Shown: piece after piece, positions 1-12,446 of the stretch
Numbering within the stretch: position 1 is the first letter of the stretch
How the letters are laid out: each line of letters starts with the position of its first letter
Assembly: GCA_004431415.1 (NCBI GenBank)
Contig: QPMI01000308.1
Span: 1 to 41,757, forward strand
Source of the DNA: Cyanophora paradoxa CCMP329
Lineage: Eukaryota; Plantae; Glaucophyta
Direction: 5' to 3'
DNA: 41,757 nt
Notes under the pieces: generated by a model
The model's input: the letters and a program-made list of their open reading frames with translations, nothing else
Told to the model about the DNA's origin: nothing
Databases searched by the model: none
Translations under genes and position numbers: made by a program

Positions 1-3000
1 CACGGTGCCGTCCCCGCCCCGCCCTCCGTCCCGGGGCGCTCTGAGGCGGCCCCCGGCAGCTGCGGCGGGCGGGGAAGCGGGCGGGGAAGCCGCGGGCGGT
101 GACGTGGGCGGGGGCGGTGGGCGGCGCGGGCGTCGCGATGAAGCAGCAGAACGGGCTCGGGAGCGTCGCCGAGGAGCCGGGGGAGAACGGCGGGGGGGAC
201 AGGGCCGGGCACTCGGACGACGACGAGGAGGCGCGCCCCGAGGGCGGGACGCGCGGGGGCAGAGGTGGGGCGGGGCGCTCACGCGGGGCGGGGGCAGGTG
301 GTGGAGGCTGGCAGCATCTGCCCGGGGCCCCTCGCGAGCCTGGGCAAGGAGGCCGACGAGTCGGGCCAGGCCCTGCTGCCGGCCCCCGGCGGGCAGGGGC
401 GGCGCATGTCTGCCCCGATGGCGCGCCCGGCCCTCGCGGAGGCCTCCAAGGTCCACTTCGGGTCGCAGCTCAGCGCCAGCGGCGGGGCGAGCCGCTGGCG
501 CACTGCCGCCGACCGCGTCATCGCCGTGCGCGCCCGCCCGCCCGGCGCCCGTCTTCCGTCCAGCTGAGGGAGGGGGCGCAGAGCCAGCCGGACGACCCGC
601 TGAAGGAGCGGGCCCAGTCGCTGCAGGCCATCGTCCGCGCCGCCGCCTCCGTCGCCAAGATGGCCCGCTCCCAGGTGCGCGGCCGAGCGACCGCGCCCCC
701 GCCGCGGCGCGTCGAGGGGGCGGCGGGCAGGCGGCGGTGATCGCGGCGGCGGCGCGGGCGGCGGAGCAGGCGCGGGGCGGCTCCGCGGAGGACGGGGCCG
801 GCAGCGACAGCGACAGCGACGTCACCATCGAGTCGAGCGAGGAGGAGGAGGAGGGGCCGGCCGAGGGCGGGGAGGGCGCGGCCGCCCCGAGGCCGCCCGC
901 CGGGGCCGCCCCCAAGGGAGACGTGGAGGCCGGCGCGCCCTCCTCCTCGGAGCAGCAGAAGAAGAAGGGGGAGGCGGTGGACCCGCGGGCGGCGCGGCGG
1001 GAGGAGAAGCGGCGCTGGCGGGCCGAGCGGCGGCAGCGCAAGAAGACCGTCGGGGGCAGCCTCGTGGACGCCATCCTCGACGAGTTCGAGGCGCGCCGGG
1101 GCCGGCCCCTCGCGGCGGGCCTCGCTGAGGGCCCCCCCTCCGCGCCGCAGGTGGGGAGCGAGGACGAGGCGGAGGAGGACGAGGAGCTCGGCAAGCTCGA
1201 GATCGAGCTCATGGCGCGCGCCGTTCTGCTCTCCCCTCCGCCCCCCGCCTCACCTTGGCGCGCAGAGCGCGGGGTCGTACACCAAGGGGCAGCAGGAGGC
1301 GAAGGAGGAGGCGAAGGAGGCGGCGGCGGGGATTGCCGCGGCGGGGGGCATCGGCGCCGCCGGCAACCGCCGCATCTCCCTCCAGGCCGCCTCCCTCTCC
1401 GACCTCAGCCGCACCCTCGTCCGCCGCCCCGCCCCTCCCCGCCCGAGCCCGCGCCGACGCCCCCGCAGGTCAACAAGCGGCGGGAGGAGCTCGCGAGCAA
1501 TCTCTCCTCCACCCGCGTCACCGCCGCCCGCGTGCGCCGGCGCCCCCGCCCCCGCCCTCGCCCCCCTCCCCCCGCGGGCCTGAGGGGCGGGGCCAGTTCG
1601 TGGCGCGGATGGCGCGGGACGTGGGCCTCGTGCGCCTGCGCGGCACGAGCCGCATGGCCCTCCTCACCTTCGACGACAAGGCCCTCGACAAGGCCCGCCC
1701 CCGCCGCCCCCCCGCGCCCCCGCGCCCCGCGCCGATGCGCACCCGCAGGAGTTCTGGCGGCTGCGGTTCGAGGATACGCTGTACCCCGCGCGGCGCATCG
1801 TGGTCTTCGCCTTCCTGCACAGCCTGCTGTGGCCCGTCGTCGAGCTGCTCGGGGGCGTCCCCGACCTCGCGAACCGGGCGGCGCTGCGGTGGGCGATGAG
1901 CCTGCCCTGGGGCGCCCTCCTCCTCGGCTTCGCCTTCGCCAAGAAGGCCCTCTTCGCCAAACACCTCCGCCCCGCCGTCCTCTCCCAGGCCCGCAACCCC
2001 CCCCCCCCCCCCCCCCCCCCCCCGCCCCGCCCGCGCGCGCTGCAGCCTCCCCCTGACTCGCCGGGGGCAGCTCCTCCTGGCGACGCTCTACACGGTCGTC
2101 CAGTGCCTCTACCTCGACCCCACCGAGGCGCGCCCCGCCAGCCCCGCCCGCCCCGCCCCGCCCCGCCCCGCCGGCGCCGCGCGAGGGGCGGGGCGCAGGC
2201 GGTGGCGTCGGAGCGGCACACCTCGAGCTTCTACCTCGCCGAGCTCTCCATCCTCCTCCTCCTCATCACGTCCGCCCCGCCTCCCTCTCGAGCGCCGCGT
2301 GCGCGGGCGAGAGCGGGCGGGGCGCCCCGCGGCGGCGGCGCAGGTGCATGCCGGGCCCCGCGGTGCGGTGGATGGAGGCGCTCGCGCTCGCGGCGCTGGC
2401 GCTGGTGCCGCCGCTGGCGGTGCGCCGGCCGCTGCTGCACGTGGAGATGACGCAGCTGGCGGCGATGGCGGCGATGGGCCTCTACCACGCCTGGTTCCAC
2501 GAGCTCGAGGCCCGCCACGAGTTCGAGCTCGAGCGGGAGCTCTCGGTGCGGGAGCAGCAGGTGTGGACGGAGCTGGACGAGTCGGCCCGCCTCCTCACCC
2601 TCTGCCTGCCCCGCCCCATCGTCCGCGCCGCCCTCGAGGTCCCCCGCCCCGCCCCGCCCCGCCCCGCCGGGGGCGCTCCCGCCTGAAGGCTGCCGGGGGC
2701 GCCCGCAGGGGAGGATGGAGATCGGGGCGATGGCCTCGCAGCACTACGACACCGTCGCCGTGTTATGCGCCGACATCGTCGGCTTCGTGAGCGGCCCCGC
2801 CCCCGCCGCCGCCCCCGCGCCGCCCCCGCGCCGCTCACGCGCCCCCCGCAGACGCCGCTCTCGTCGACGCTGGACCCGCAGGACCTCGTCCGCGTCCTCT
2901 CGGAGCTGATCACCGAATGCGACTCGCTCGCCGACAAGCACAAAATCGTCCGCCTGAAGACCATCGGCGACGCCTGGCTCGCAGGTGGGCGGGGCCCCTC

Positions 3001-3611
3001 ACCACCGGGAGCCCGGCGCCCCTCACGCTTCACCCGCAATCATACGCAGTGGCGGGCATGGAGGGGGCGCTGGACGCGGCGGCGGCGGCGCGGCTGATCA
3101 GCCTCGGGCTGGACATCGCCAAGGTCTTCAAGGAGGCGAGCGCGCGCTTCCAGCTCGCCATCAACGTGCGCATCGGCATCGCCAGCGGGCCCTGCTCCGG
3201 CGGCATCATCGGCAACAAGCGCTGGTTCTGGTCCGCCCGCCCCCTCCTCCCCCGCCTCCCCGCTGCCCCCTCTCACGGGCGGCAGGGACCTCTTCGGGGA
3301 GGCGATGGACAGCGCCGGCTCCCACGAGGCCGGCGGTGTCCCCGGCCGCGTCCACGTGCGCCCGCCCTCTTCCGCTCTCCTTCGCGCGCCCCCGGATCGC
3401 GACCGCCGCCGGGGAGCAGGTCTCCAAGGAGGTCCGCCTGATGGTGGGCGACGCGTTCATCTTCGAGCCGCGGCACCCGGCGCCGGCGTCGCGGGCGGAG
3501 GGGGCCGAGGGGCCGGCGTCGCCGGCGGGCGCGCCGCCTCCCTCGCCGGCCGCGCTGCACGACCCGCACGAGGAGGAGGCCCGCCTCGAGTCGTACCTCG
3601 TCATCGCCTGA
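1..3611 (+). CDS. Membrane-bound class III adenylyl/guanylyl cyclase family protein, 3' part (multi-exon; 5' end lies upstream of the window)
   Basis: Spliced exons give LTFDDKALDKEF, then ~6 hydrophobic helices (1750-2500), the helix ARLLTLCLPRPIV, and cyclase motifs VAVLCADIVGF|TPLSS, LKTIGDAWLAVAG, VRIGIASGPCSGGIIGNKRWF|WDLFGEAMD, GVPGRVH|VS. Stop TGA at 3609-3611. The window opens with an intron (5-59). Confidence 0.88.
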
Positions 3612-4059
3612 CGCCGCCCTGGCTCTGGCGTTCTGCTAGCCTACTTACCGTTTTTAATGTAGCGAGCATGGATATCTATAGAAGTGTCAGTGCGCATTCC
3701 AATTCACGTCCCGGAGTCTGATAGCTATTCGCCGATGCCGGGCGCGCGGCGATAGCGCTCCGTCCGGACGCGTGCGCGATACGAAAGTTGCGCTATGTCC
3801 GCGCTCTGCGCATGCGGAAGCCAATTGCGCATGCAAAGCGTTAAGCACGCGCTCCGCGCGCGGCCGGTGACGCCGGCGCCGGCCAGCGAAGCTCGAGGTC
3901 TTCCCCCCCTCTCTCGCCCCCCCCCCTGGGGGGTAGAGGCGCGCCTCAATTCAAAATTCGCTTGACTTCGTCGCTCCCAGCTCGGTCTCTCGAGCGCCGC
4001 TGAGCTCCGCCCGCCGCCGCGGCATACTACAGGCCCGCACAGCCGTTGAAGCACTCGCC

Positions 4060-7000
4060 ATGGAGGTTGATGCGCTCTCGGCGGTGAAGCGCGAGGGCGA
4101 GCCGTCGTCCTCCGCGGCCGCGAAGCGCGCGAGGACCTCGCCTCCCGAGGTGATAGTCATCTCGGACAGCGACGACAGCGACATCGAAACTGTGTCGCCG
4201 CCGCGGGACAATGCTCGCGTGGATCTCCGCACGCCGTCTGCAGCGCCGCGCGACGATGAGAACGATGAAGGGGGCGAAATTCGGGTGCGCTTAGGCCGCC
4301 CCTTCGGCGCGGGGAGCACACCTTCACGCCAGTTCGAATTCAGGTCACCGGAGCGATGGACGGCCTCGCGCAGATGGCACCCCACAGTCGCCAGTGTACG
4401 TACCTCCTTGCTCCACGCATTTGGATTGTCTAGGGAACGCCGGCGTGGTCGGTAAATTCGAGGTGACGCCCGGCGCCGCAGACTGTTTGAAGTACAAGCA
4501 CGTCGCTCGGAGCGACCCTGGGAACAAGGAGCACTGCGAAAAATGCTGCTGCTGGGTGTGCGACAAGCCTGTCGCGCAGTGCGTCGACTGGAGCAACCAC
4601 TGCGCGGCGACCGATTCCAGCCCCCACTGGGCGGCGGAACGCGCACGGCTCAGGCGGATCAACGGCGCGGGCCAGAAGAGCTCCAGCTCGCAGGGGACTT
4701 CCGTCGCGCGCTGGCTCAGCAGCGGGTCCGCCCAGCGGTCTAGCAGCGCTTCCTCCTCCAGCTCCTCCGCCGTCGCGACCGCCCGCGCCCTCTCCATCTC
4801 CAGCACCTCCCCCTCGCCCTCGTCTTCCTCGGCGTCGTCGTCGGGCTCGGACGCGCTGCGCCGGGCCGAGGCGGCGCGGCTCGCGCGGGAGCAGATGAGG
4901 GCCGATGGTAACAGCGCATCTCCTTCTGATCTCCGATACACGGCGTTGGATTCTCTGACATGCGCTGGCCACAGCGATCCGGAGCGCGGAGGAGTGGGCA
5001 CGCCACAACCGGCAGCTGCGGGAAGACCGCGAGCGGAGGCAGCGCGAGGCGCGCGAGCGCGAGCGGCAGCAGCGCGAGGAGCAGGCGCGGCAGCAGCGCG
5101 AGGGCGCGGACCCCAGGGCGGAGGGCGCGGACCTCAGGGCGGAGTTCGTGGAGATGATGAACATCGGGCTCCGCGGGGCCTCCTCCTCTTCCGCCCCCGC
5201 CGCGACGCTCGCGGTCGTGGCCCCCCAGCCGGAGGTCAAGCCCAAGCCCAAGCCGAAGCCGCCGGCCAAGCCGCCGCGGGACGTGGACCCCTGCAAGTAC
5301 GCGGGGCACATCGACTTCGTCGGCCGCGTGCGCCCCACGGCCCCTCCCCCGCGCGCGCCCCCGCAGACGGGCGCCGGTCGCAGTTCGGGCCCGAGGAGGC
5401 GCTCAAGGCGGCCCTCGAGGGGCTCCCCGCCGACTGCGAGCTCGACTACGTCCTCAGATACCTCCGCTTCAAGGTGCCGCCCGCGGCAACGCGGCCCGCG
5501 CCCGCAGCCAGCGGCCCTGACCCCCCGCAGGACGATGTCAGGACGGAGGCGTTCATCTCGAACGCCACCCCGGGCTTCGACGTGCGCGCCCCCGGATCGC
5601 CTTCGCCGCCTCCCGCCGAACCCCCGCCGCCCGCCAGTGCGTCACGGGCCAGAGCTCGATCCACATCACGACGCTCTGCGAGGTGGCGACGGAGGGGACG
5701 ACGCGCATCAAGATCCGCGTGCGTGCCCGGCTCGAGGCCCGCCGCCCTGCGCCGGGTCGGGGCCGAGGCGGGGCCGCCCAGGTGCACGTCTTCGTGAAGG
5801 AGGCCATCTACCGCGTCGAGTCGGACCTCCTCTGCTCCCTCCTCCTCCGCATCGTGCCCTGCGTCCCCGAGTCCCCGGCCGGTCCGCGCGCGCCCCGCCC
5901 GCCCCGGCCCCCCGCCTCGACGCCGAGACCCGCCGCCAGCCGTCGGGCCCTTCCTGCCCGTCGCGATGCCCCCGCCCGAGCGCGTCCGCTCGGCCGCCGG
6001 CCCCGACCAGACCGTCCGCAAAGCCAGCGAGGGCAAGCGTGCGTGCCCTGCCCCCGTCGCCCCGCCTGCTGTCGCGCGCTCCCGCCTATGCTGCCGGCAG
6101 CGTGCATCTCGTGGGGCGACGAGGCGGGCGTGAACGTCAACCGCCTCTTCAAGCTCGACGCGCTGTGCGGCAATCCGTCACCGTGTTCAGGCGAGGAGCC
6201 GGCGCCCGCCTCACGCCACCCCCGCCGCGCAGCATGGAGTCCGTCCTCTCGGAGGGGTACAGGGAGGAGGAGCAGCCCGAGGGCCTCGCCGTCGAGCTCC
6301 GCAACTACCAGCGCCAGGTCCCGTGCCCCTCCCCCCCGGTCGCGGGACCCGCGGCCCGAGCGGCGGGGAACGCGCAGTCGCTGGCCTTCATGCTGGACCG
6401 CGAGCGCTCGACCACGTCCCTCGCGGAGGACTGGCACACCGCCCTCACCGTCCGCCCCTTCCCCCCGCCCGCCCCGCCCGGCCGCGCCGGCCTGAGCCCC
6501 GGCGGGACGGGCAGCTGGCGGACGGGCAGCGGGTGCTGATCTGCCCGGTGACGGGGGAGGTCCACCTGGAGGGCCACCCGCAGGCCAACTTCGCCATGCC
6601 GCAGGCCCGCGGCGGCATCCTCGCCGAGGAGATGGGCCTCGGCAAGGCCCGGCCCCGCCCCCGCCCCGCCCGCCCCGCCCCGCCCGCCGCCCCTTGTGAC
6701 GCCCGGGCAGACCGTGGAGCTCCTCGCGCTCGTGTTGAAGAACCGCATCCCGGCGCCGGCGCCCCCGGAGGCCACGCCCACCGTCAACAACCGCGCCAAG
6801 TCCCGCGCCACCCTCATCGTCTGCCCCGTGCGCGCCGCAGCCCCGCCCTCGCCTGCCCGCTCTGCGTTTAACGCGGAGCGCAGGTCTCGCTCCTGGGGCA
6901 GTGGAAGCAGGAGCTGAAGCGCAAGCTGACCGAGCCGCTCGACGTCTACGTCTACCACACCGGTGCCCCCGCGCCTCGCGATCGCGCCCCGTCCCGCGCC

Positions 7001-10000
7001 CCCGCGCTCGCCGACGCCGGGGGCAGGCCGCACGTCGGACCCGAAGCAGCTGCTGGACCACGACGTGGTCCTCACGACGTGCGCCCCGCCTCCTTTGGGG
7101 GCCTCGCGGGCGGCGCCCCCCGCCTGACGCGCAGCGGCTCGCCCCAGGTACTCCATCGTGCAGCGCGACGGCGACGCGTCGGCCCTCCACTGCATCGACT
7201 GTGCGCCGCGCCGGCCCCCCGGGCCGCCCCCCGGGCCGCCCCCGACGCCCGCGCAGGGCACCGCATCGTGCTCGACGAGTGCCACTACATCAAGAACAAG
7301 GCGGCGGCCGGGACGAAGGCCATCGCGGCGCTCCGCACGGGCCACAAGGCTCGCCCCCCCTCTCCCCGGGGGCACGCGCCGGCGGCTGAGGGGCGGGGCC
7401 GGCGCGCCGGGGCGCAGTGGTGCGTGTCGGGGACGCCGGTGCAGACGAAGGTGGACGACCTGCACCAGCTCCTCTGCTTCCTCGAGGTCGCCCCCTTCAC
7501 GTCCCCCACCGTCTTCGCCCGGCGCGTCCAGAAGGCCTACGAGCGCGGCTGCCGCTCGGGCGCCCTCCTTCTCCGCACCATCCTCCGCCACTGCATGATG
7601 CGCCACGTCAAGACGCAGAGGGCCCGCCCCGCGCCCCGCCGGCCCCGCGCCGCGCCGGCCCGCCCCCTCACTCCGCCCCCCAGATCAATGGCGTGCCCCT
7701 CGTCTCGTTGCCCCCCAAGGAGCACCGGACGGTCAGACGTTCCCCGTACATTCCTCCGCTCCGCCCGTGCCGACCCCTTCGGGTGCGCGGCAGGTGATGC
7801 TGGAGCTTGCGCCGCACGAGCGGACCCTCTACGGGCACCTCTTCGGGCTCGTGAAGCCGCAGTTCGACACCATCGCCGTTGGTGCGTGAAGCCGCGCTTC
7901 GGCGCCGCCGCCGTCGGTGACGCTGCGTGTAGACAACTACACCCTCCGCACCAACTACATGACCTACACCTCCCTCCTCCTCCCCCTCCGCTCCTTCTGC
8001 TCGGTGCGGCCCCGCCGCGGCCCCCGCCCTCGCGCCGCTGAGGCGGGCGGCGCAGGACGCCGGGCTGCTCCCCCTCGAGAAGTACCTCCCCGAGGCGCAC
8101 CGCGGTCCGCCGCGCCCGCCCCGCGCCCCGCGCCCCGCGCCCCGCGCCCCGCGCCCCGCGCCCCGCGCCCCGCGCCCCGCGCCGACGCCCTCTCGCGCGC
8201 CAGGCAAGCGCGGGGAGGACTTCGAGCCCTGCAAGACCGCCGTCTCGCTCGCCGCCGTCGTCGAGTGGCTCCAGGCCGCCAACCCCCGCGCCGGTGCGCC
8301 GGCGCCGCGACGAGCGCGCCTGGCCGCCCCTCGCTCACCGGCGCCCGGCAGAGGGGCTCGAGGCCCGCGTCCGCGCCACGGGCGAGTCGCTTAGCCGCGG
8401 CGAGGAGCGATGCGCGGTGCGGGGGCCCCGCCAGCCCGCCCCCGCCGCCGCCGGGGCGCTGAGATGCGTTCAGATCTGCCTGGACGCCATCACGACGCCG
8501 ACGTTCACCCTCTGCGGCCACGTCTTCTGCAGGGACTGCGTCGAGGCGAGGGCGGGAGGGCGCGCGGGGCGTGCGGGGCGCGGCCTGAGGCGCCCCCGCA
8601 GGTCCACGTCGAGGTCAACGAGGAGGACCCGGTCTGCCCGACCTGCCGCAAGACGTCCGCCCGCCCGCCCCTCCTCGCCCCGCCGGCCCGACGGAGCGCG
8701 CTGCGGCGGCAGGATCAAGAAGAAGGACCTGAAGACAGTCTCCGGGGAGTCGATCCGGAAGCTGAAGCCCGAGGGCGGGCCGCTGCCGGCCGAGGCCGGC
8801 GAGGAGGGGGGCGAGGGGGAGGGCGAGGGGGCCGAGTCGCCCCAGGCGAGCTTCGAGGGGCGCATCCCCGCCGAGGTCCTCCGTGCGCTCCCGCCCTCAG
8901 CCGCTCCGGGCCGGGCCCCCCCTGACGGGCGCCGGCGGCAGAGGCGCACGCGGCGGCCGTCACGGAGGGCGCCCTCTCCACCAAGGCGAGCAGGCCGGGG
9001 GCCCCGGGGGCGAGCGTCGCTGAGGGCGGGGGCGGGGCGGCAGGTGGCGGCGCTGATGGCGGCGCTGGAGGAGATGCGGGAGAAGGACCCGACCTCCAAG
9101 GCCGTCGTCTTCACCCAGGTCGGCTCAGATCAGATCGGGCCGATCTGACCCCGCCTCGCCTGATCCGAGCGGCGGCCGGCGCGCGCAGTTCAACGCGACG
9201 TTCGAGCGGATCGTGCGGGCGCTGCGGCAGCGCGACTTCGGCTTCGTCCGCATCGACGGCGGCATGCCGGCCGGCCAGCGCGCTCGCGCCCTCGAGAAGT
9301 TCGGTGCCGCCCCCGCGCCCTCCCCGCCCCCGCCGCCCCGGCCCCCGCCTCACGGGAGCGCGCGCAGAGACGGACCCGGGGACGACGTGCTTCGTCCTGT
9401 CCATCCGCTCGGGGGCCGTCGGCCTGACACTCACCGCCGCCGACCACTGCTTCGTCCTCGAGCCCTGCATGAACGGTGCGCCCTCGAGCTCGACTTGGCT
9501 TAGGGGTCACGACTCACGAGCAGCTCCCGGGCCGAGTCCCGGGACTCCCGCCGTCTCCCGGGCCGAGTCCCGGCTAGAAAGGCTGGGGCCGCGGCTCGGC
9601 CGCGCCCCTTCGGGATCGCACGAAGGCGCCCGCGAATTCGACTCGGAGCCGCTCATATGAGCGCTGTCCGTTGGCGATCGCGAGAAGCCACAGCCGCATT
9701 GAATAGATCCTTGCGTTGAGACGCTTCGCTAGAAGGCTTCCATAGCTTCGTGGAAGGTTTCGCCAGAAGGCATCTCTCGCGCTGTTAGCAGACTTCAAGA
9801 TTCTTCGCGCGAAGGCAGCCGGCTAGCAGATGACTCGGCGCCTTCGGTCTCCCCTCTAACGCCGTACCCCCCGCAGCGGGCACGGAGGAGCAGGCGGTGA
9901 ACCGCATCTACCGGCTGGGGCAGACGCGGCCGGTGCACATCACGTGCTTCGCGACCAAAGACACGGTCGAGTCGCGCATCCTGGAGGTCCGGCGGGACGC

Positions 10001-10342
10001 CCAGGCGAGCGAGCCCCCGGCCCCGCCCAACTCGAACTTTCGATCCGTCGCCGTCCAACAAGTCTGACGGCGCGCCCCTCGCAGTCCTCCTCCTCCTTCT
10101 CCTTCTCCTCGGCCGCCGGCGCCGTGGACGACGACCCGCCGTACTCGGAGGCGGGGCCCTCGGCGCCCCGGCGCAGGAGGGGCCGCCCCGCCCACCAGCT
10201 CCCCCCCGAGCAGGTGCCCCGCCCCGCCCGCGCCCCCGGGGCCGCCGCCCGCCCACGCGACCGGCAGGCGCCGGGGAGCATCCGGGGCGACAAGCCGGTC
10301 ATGCGCGTCGACGAGTGGCGCAAGGTCTTCAGCCCGTACTAG
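4060..10342 (+). CDS. SNF2-family (RAD5/RAD16/SHPRH-like) ATP-dependent helicase with C3HC4 RING E3 domain and N-terminal Cys/His (RIN13-like) domain; ~30 exons
   Basis: Motifs LRNYQRQ|SLAFM, GGILAEEMGLGK|TVE (Walker A), ATLIVCP|VSLLGQW, WHRIVLDECHYIKN (motif II), WCVSGTPVQ (III), RING CA|IC...CGHVFCRDC...CPTCR, KAVVFTQ|F, RIDGGMP, GAVGLTLTAA, EEQAVNRIYRLGQTRPV (VI). ATG at 4060, TAG at 10340-10342. Confidence 0.92.
8113..8181 (+). repeat. Intronic 7-bp tandem repeat (CCCCGCG)n
   Basis: Directly visible run of ccccgcg units inside a predicted helicase intron. Confidence 0.8.
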
Positions 10343-10505
10343 CCCCGCCCCTCTTTCGTTTTCCTTTTTGTAGCTACCGCCCCGCCTCCAGCGCCGGGGC
10401 AGCAGGATTTTATTTCTTTCTCGCCCAGAGCAAGGGCACATTGAAACCGCTCGTTCTTGAAAGAAGGAATGGAGGGCGGCGGGGCGGCGGGGGGCGGCCG
10501 GGGGG

Positions 10506-12408
10506 CTAGGGGCTGGCGGGGATGCGCTCGAAGGGGAGGGCGGGGGGGAGGCGCGGGGGCCGGCTGCTGACGAGCTCGTTGTAGAGGGTGCGCGCCTCCG
10601 CCTCCCGCCCCGCCGCCCGCAGCGCCATCAGCACCCTCGCCTGCGCGCGCCCGCCCCGTCACCCTCGAGCTCGCGCAGACCGATCCCCATCGCGGGCGGC
10701 CGAGCGCGCTGATCGCGATCGCGGAGGGTCGAGGAACGCACCCAGGCCGCCGCGAGCCGCTCCACGCGCACGCCCCGGCTTTGCCTGCGCGCAGGGCTCG
10801 GCCCGGGCCTGGGCCGATGGACTGGGGGCGGCTGGGGCGGGGGCGCACGCGCGCTCGAGCCAGAGCTCGGCGGTGCGGATCTCGCCCTGCGCGAGGAAGC
10901 CGCCCGAGAGCTTCTCGTACGCCCGCGCCTGCCAGTCCTCCTCCCCTGCCCGCCCCGTCGGCCCTCGCCGCCGGCGAGAAGGTGCGAAGGGGGGAGGGGA
11001 GGGGCGGACCGTCGGGGGCGGTGCCGGGGGCGATGGGGGGCCCCGCGGAGAGGAAGGGCTCGGCGCGGGCGGTGAGGCCGGCCCTGCAGAAGGCCTCCAC
11101 CGCGATCGCCGCCAGCCGCCACGTGTACCCCGCCGAGCGCCGCCGCACGCACTCCTGCCCGAGGGTCAGGTCTGGGGCGCGGCGGGCCAGCGGGGCGGGG
11201 CGGGGCGCGCCGAGTGCCAGCGGAGGGCGGCCTCGGTCTGGGCGGGGGCGGGGAGGCCCCAGAAGAGGGCGAGGGGGACCTCGAGGCGCCCCGGGACGCC
11301 CTGCGGCGAGGCCGCCCACGCGCAGTAGTACTGCAGCGCCAGCGCCGGGCTCGACTCGGCGAGCAGCTGCAGGGCGGCGGCGGCGGCGGCGGCGGAGAAG
11401 GGCGGCTGCTGGCCGGCGGGGAGGGCGAGGAGGGGCCGGAGGAAGGCGAAGCGGGCGGGGGCGTCGGGGAGGTGCCGGAGGGCCATGCGCAGCGCGGCGT
11501 CCCCGGGGGCGGGGCCCCCGCCCCCGTCATCTCGGCGAGCAGCGCCGCCGCCTCCTGCGGCAGGCCGGCCCCCAGCAGCCGCTCGAGCACCTCCGCCACC
11601 GCCGGGCCCAGCGCCGCCCGCCGCGGGCCCCGGCCTGCGCGAAGCAGCGCACGAGGCGGGCGCCGCGGAGGGCCGAGTCGCCGCCGACGGCGCCCATGGC
11701 GATGCGGAGGGTGCGCTGGCTCGGGGCACGCCGGCCGCCGCCATCGCGAGCAGCACGACCGCCACCGCGCCCTCCCCGCCCTTCGCGCACGCCTGCGCGG
11801 GGCGTCAGGGGGCGTGCGGCAGAGCCCGGCCCGCCCCAACCCGGCCAGCGCGCCTCGGCGAAGGCGTTGAAGTGGGCGGCGGTGGGCGAGGGGAATGCCC
11901 CGCGGACGGCCGCCGCGAGCCCCTCCGAGTCCCCGGCCTGCAGCCGCCCTCGTCACGCCGGGGCGGGCGGGCGGGACGGGGGGGCGGGGGGCGGGCCTCG
12001 GCGAGGGCGAGGGCGCGGGCGGCGAGCTCCGCCGGCAGCTCGACGGCCGCCTCCGCCGGCTGCCCCTGCGCCTCCCCCGCCGCCTCCTCCCCCGCCGCCT
12101 CCGCCGCCGGGAACTGCGCTTGCTGCTGCTGCTGCTGCTGCTTCGGACGCCGCTGCATCGTCTCGAGCGCCTGCACCGCCGCCTCCACCGCCTGTCCCTG
12201 CTGCTGCTTTGGCCGCCGCTGCGCCGTCTCGGGCGCCGGCGCCGGCGCCGCCGTTGCCTCCGCCGCGGTGGGCCCCGCCGCCGCGGACGCCGCCCCCGCG
12301 GCCTCGGCGGCCGCCTTGTCGCGCTGGGCCCGCGTCCTCGCCGGCGGCGCCTTCGCGGACGTGGCCCTCTGCTTTCGCGCCGGCGCGGCCCGGCCCCGGC
12401 GCCGGCCT

Positions 12409-12446
<38 letters not shown>

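Noticed and set aside
1997-2023. Long poly-C tracts (also ~23519-23541, ~24570-24587)
   Set aside because: Intronic homopolymers of unreliable length with no evidence of function.
6120-6235. Apparent frameshift in the helicase
   Set aside because: Resolved by the donor at gcgct|gtgcgg, which gives DAL|MESV.
9628-9650. tRNA/SINE B-box-like attcgactc
   Set aside because: No A-box or cloverleaf could be built.
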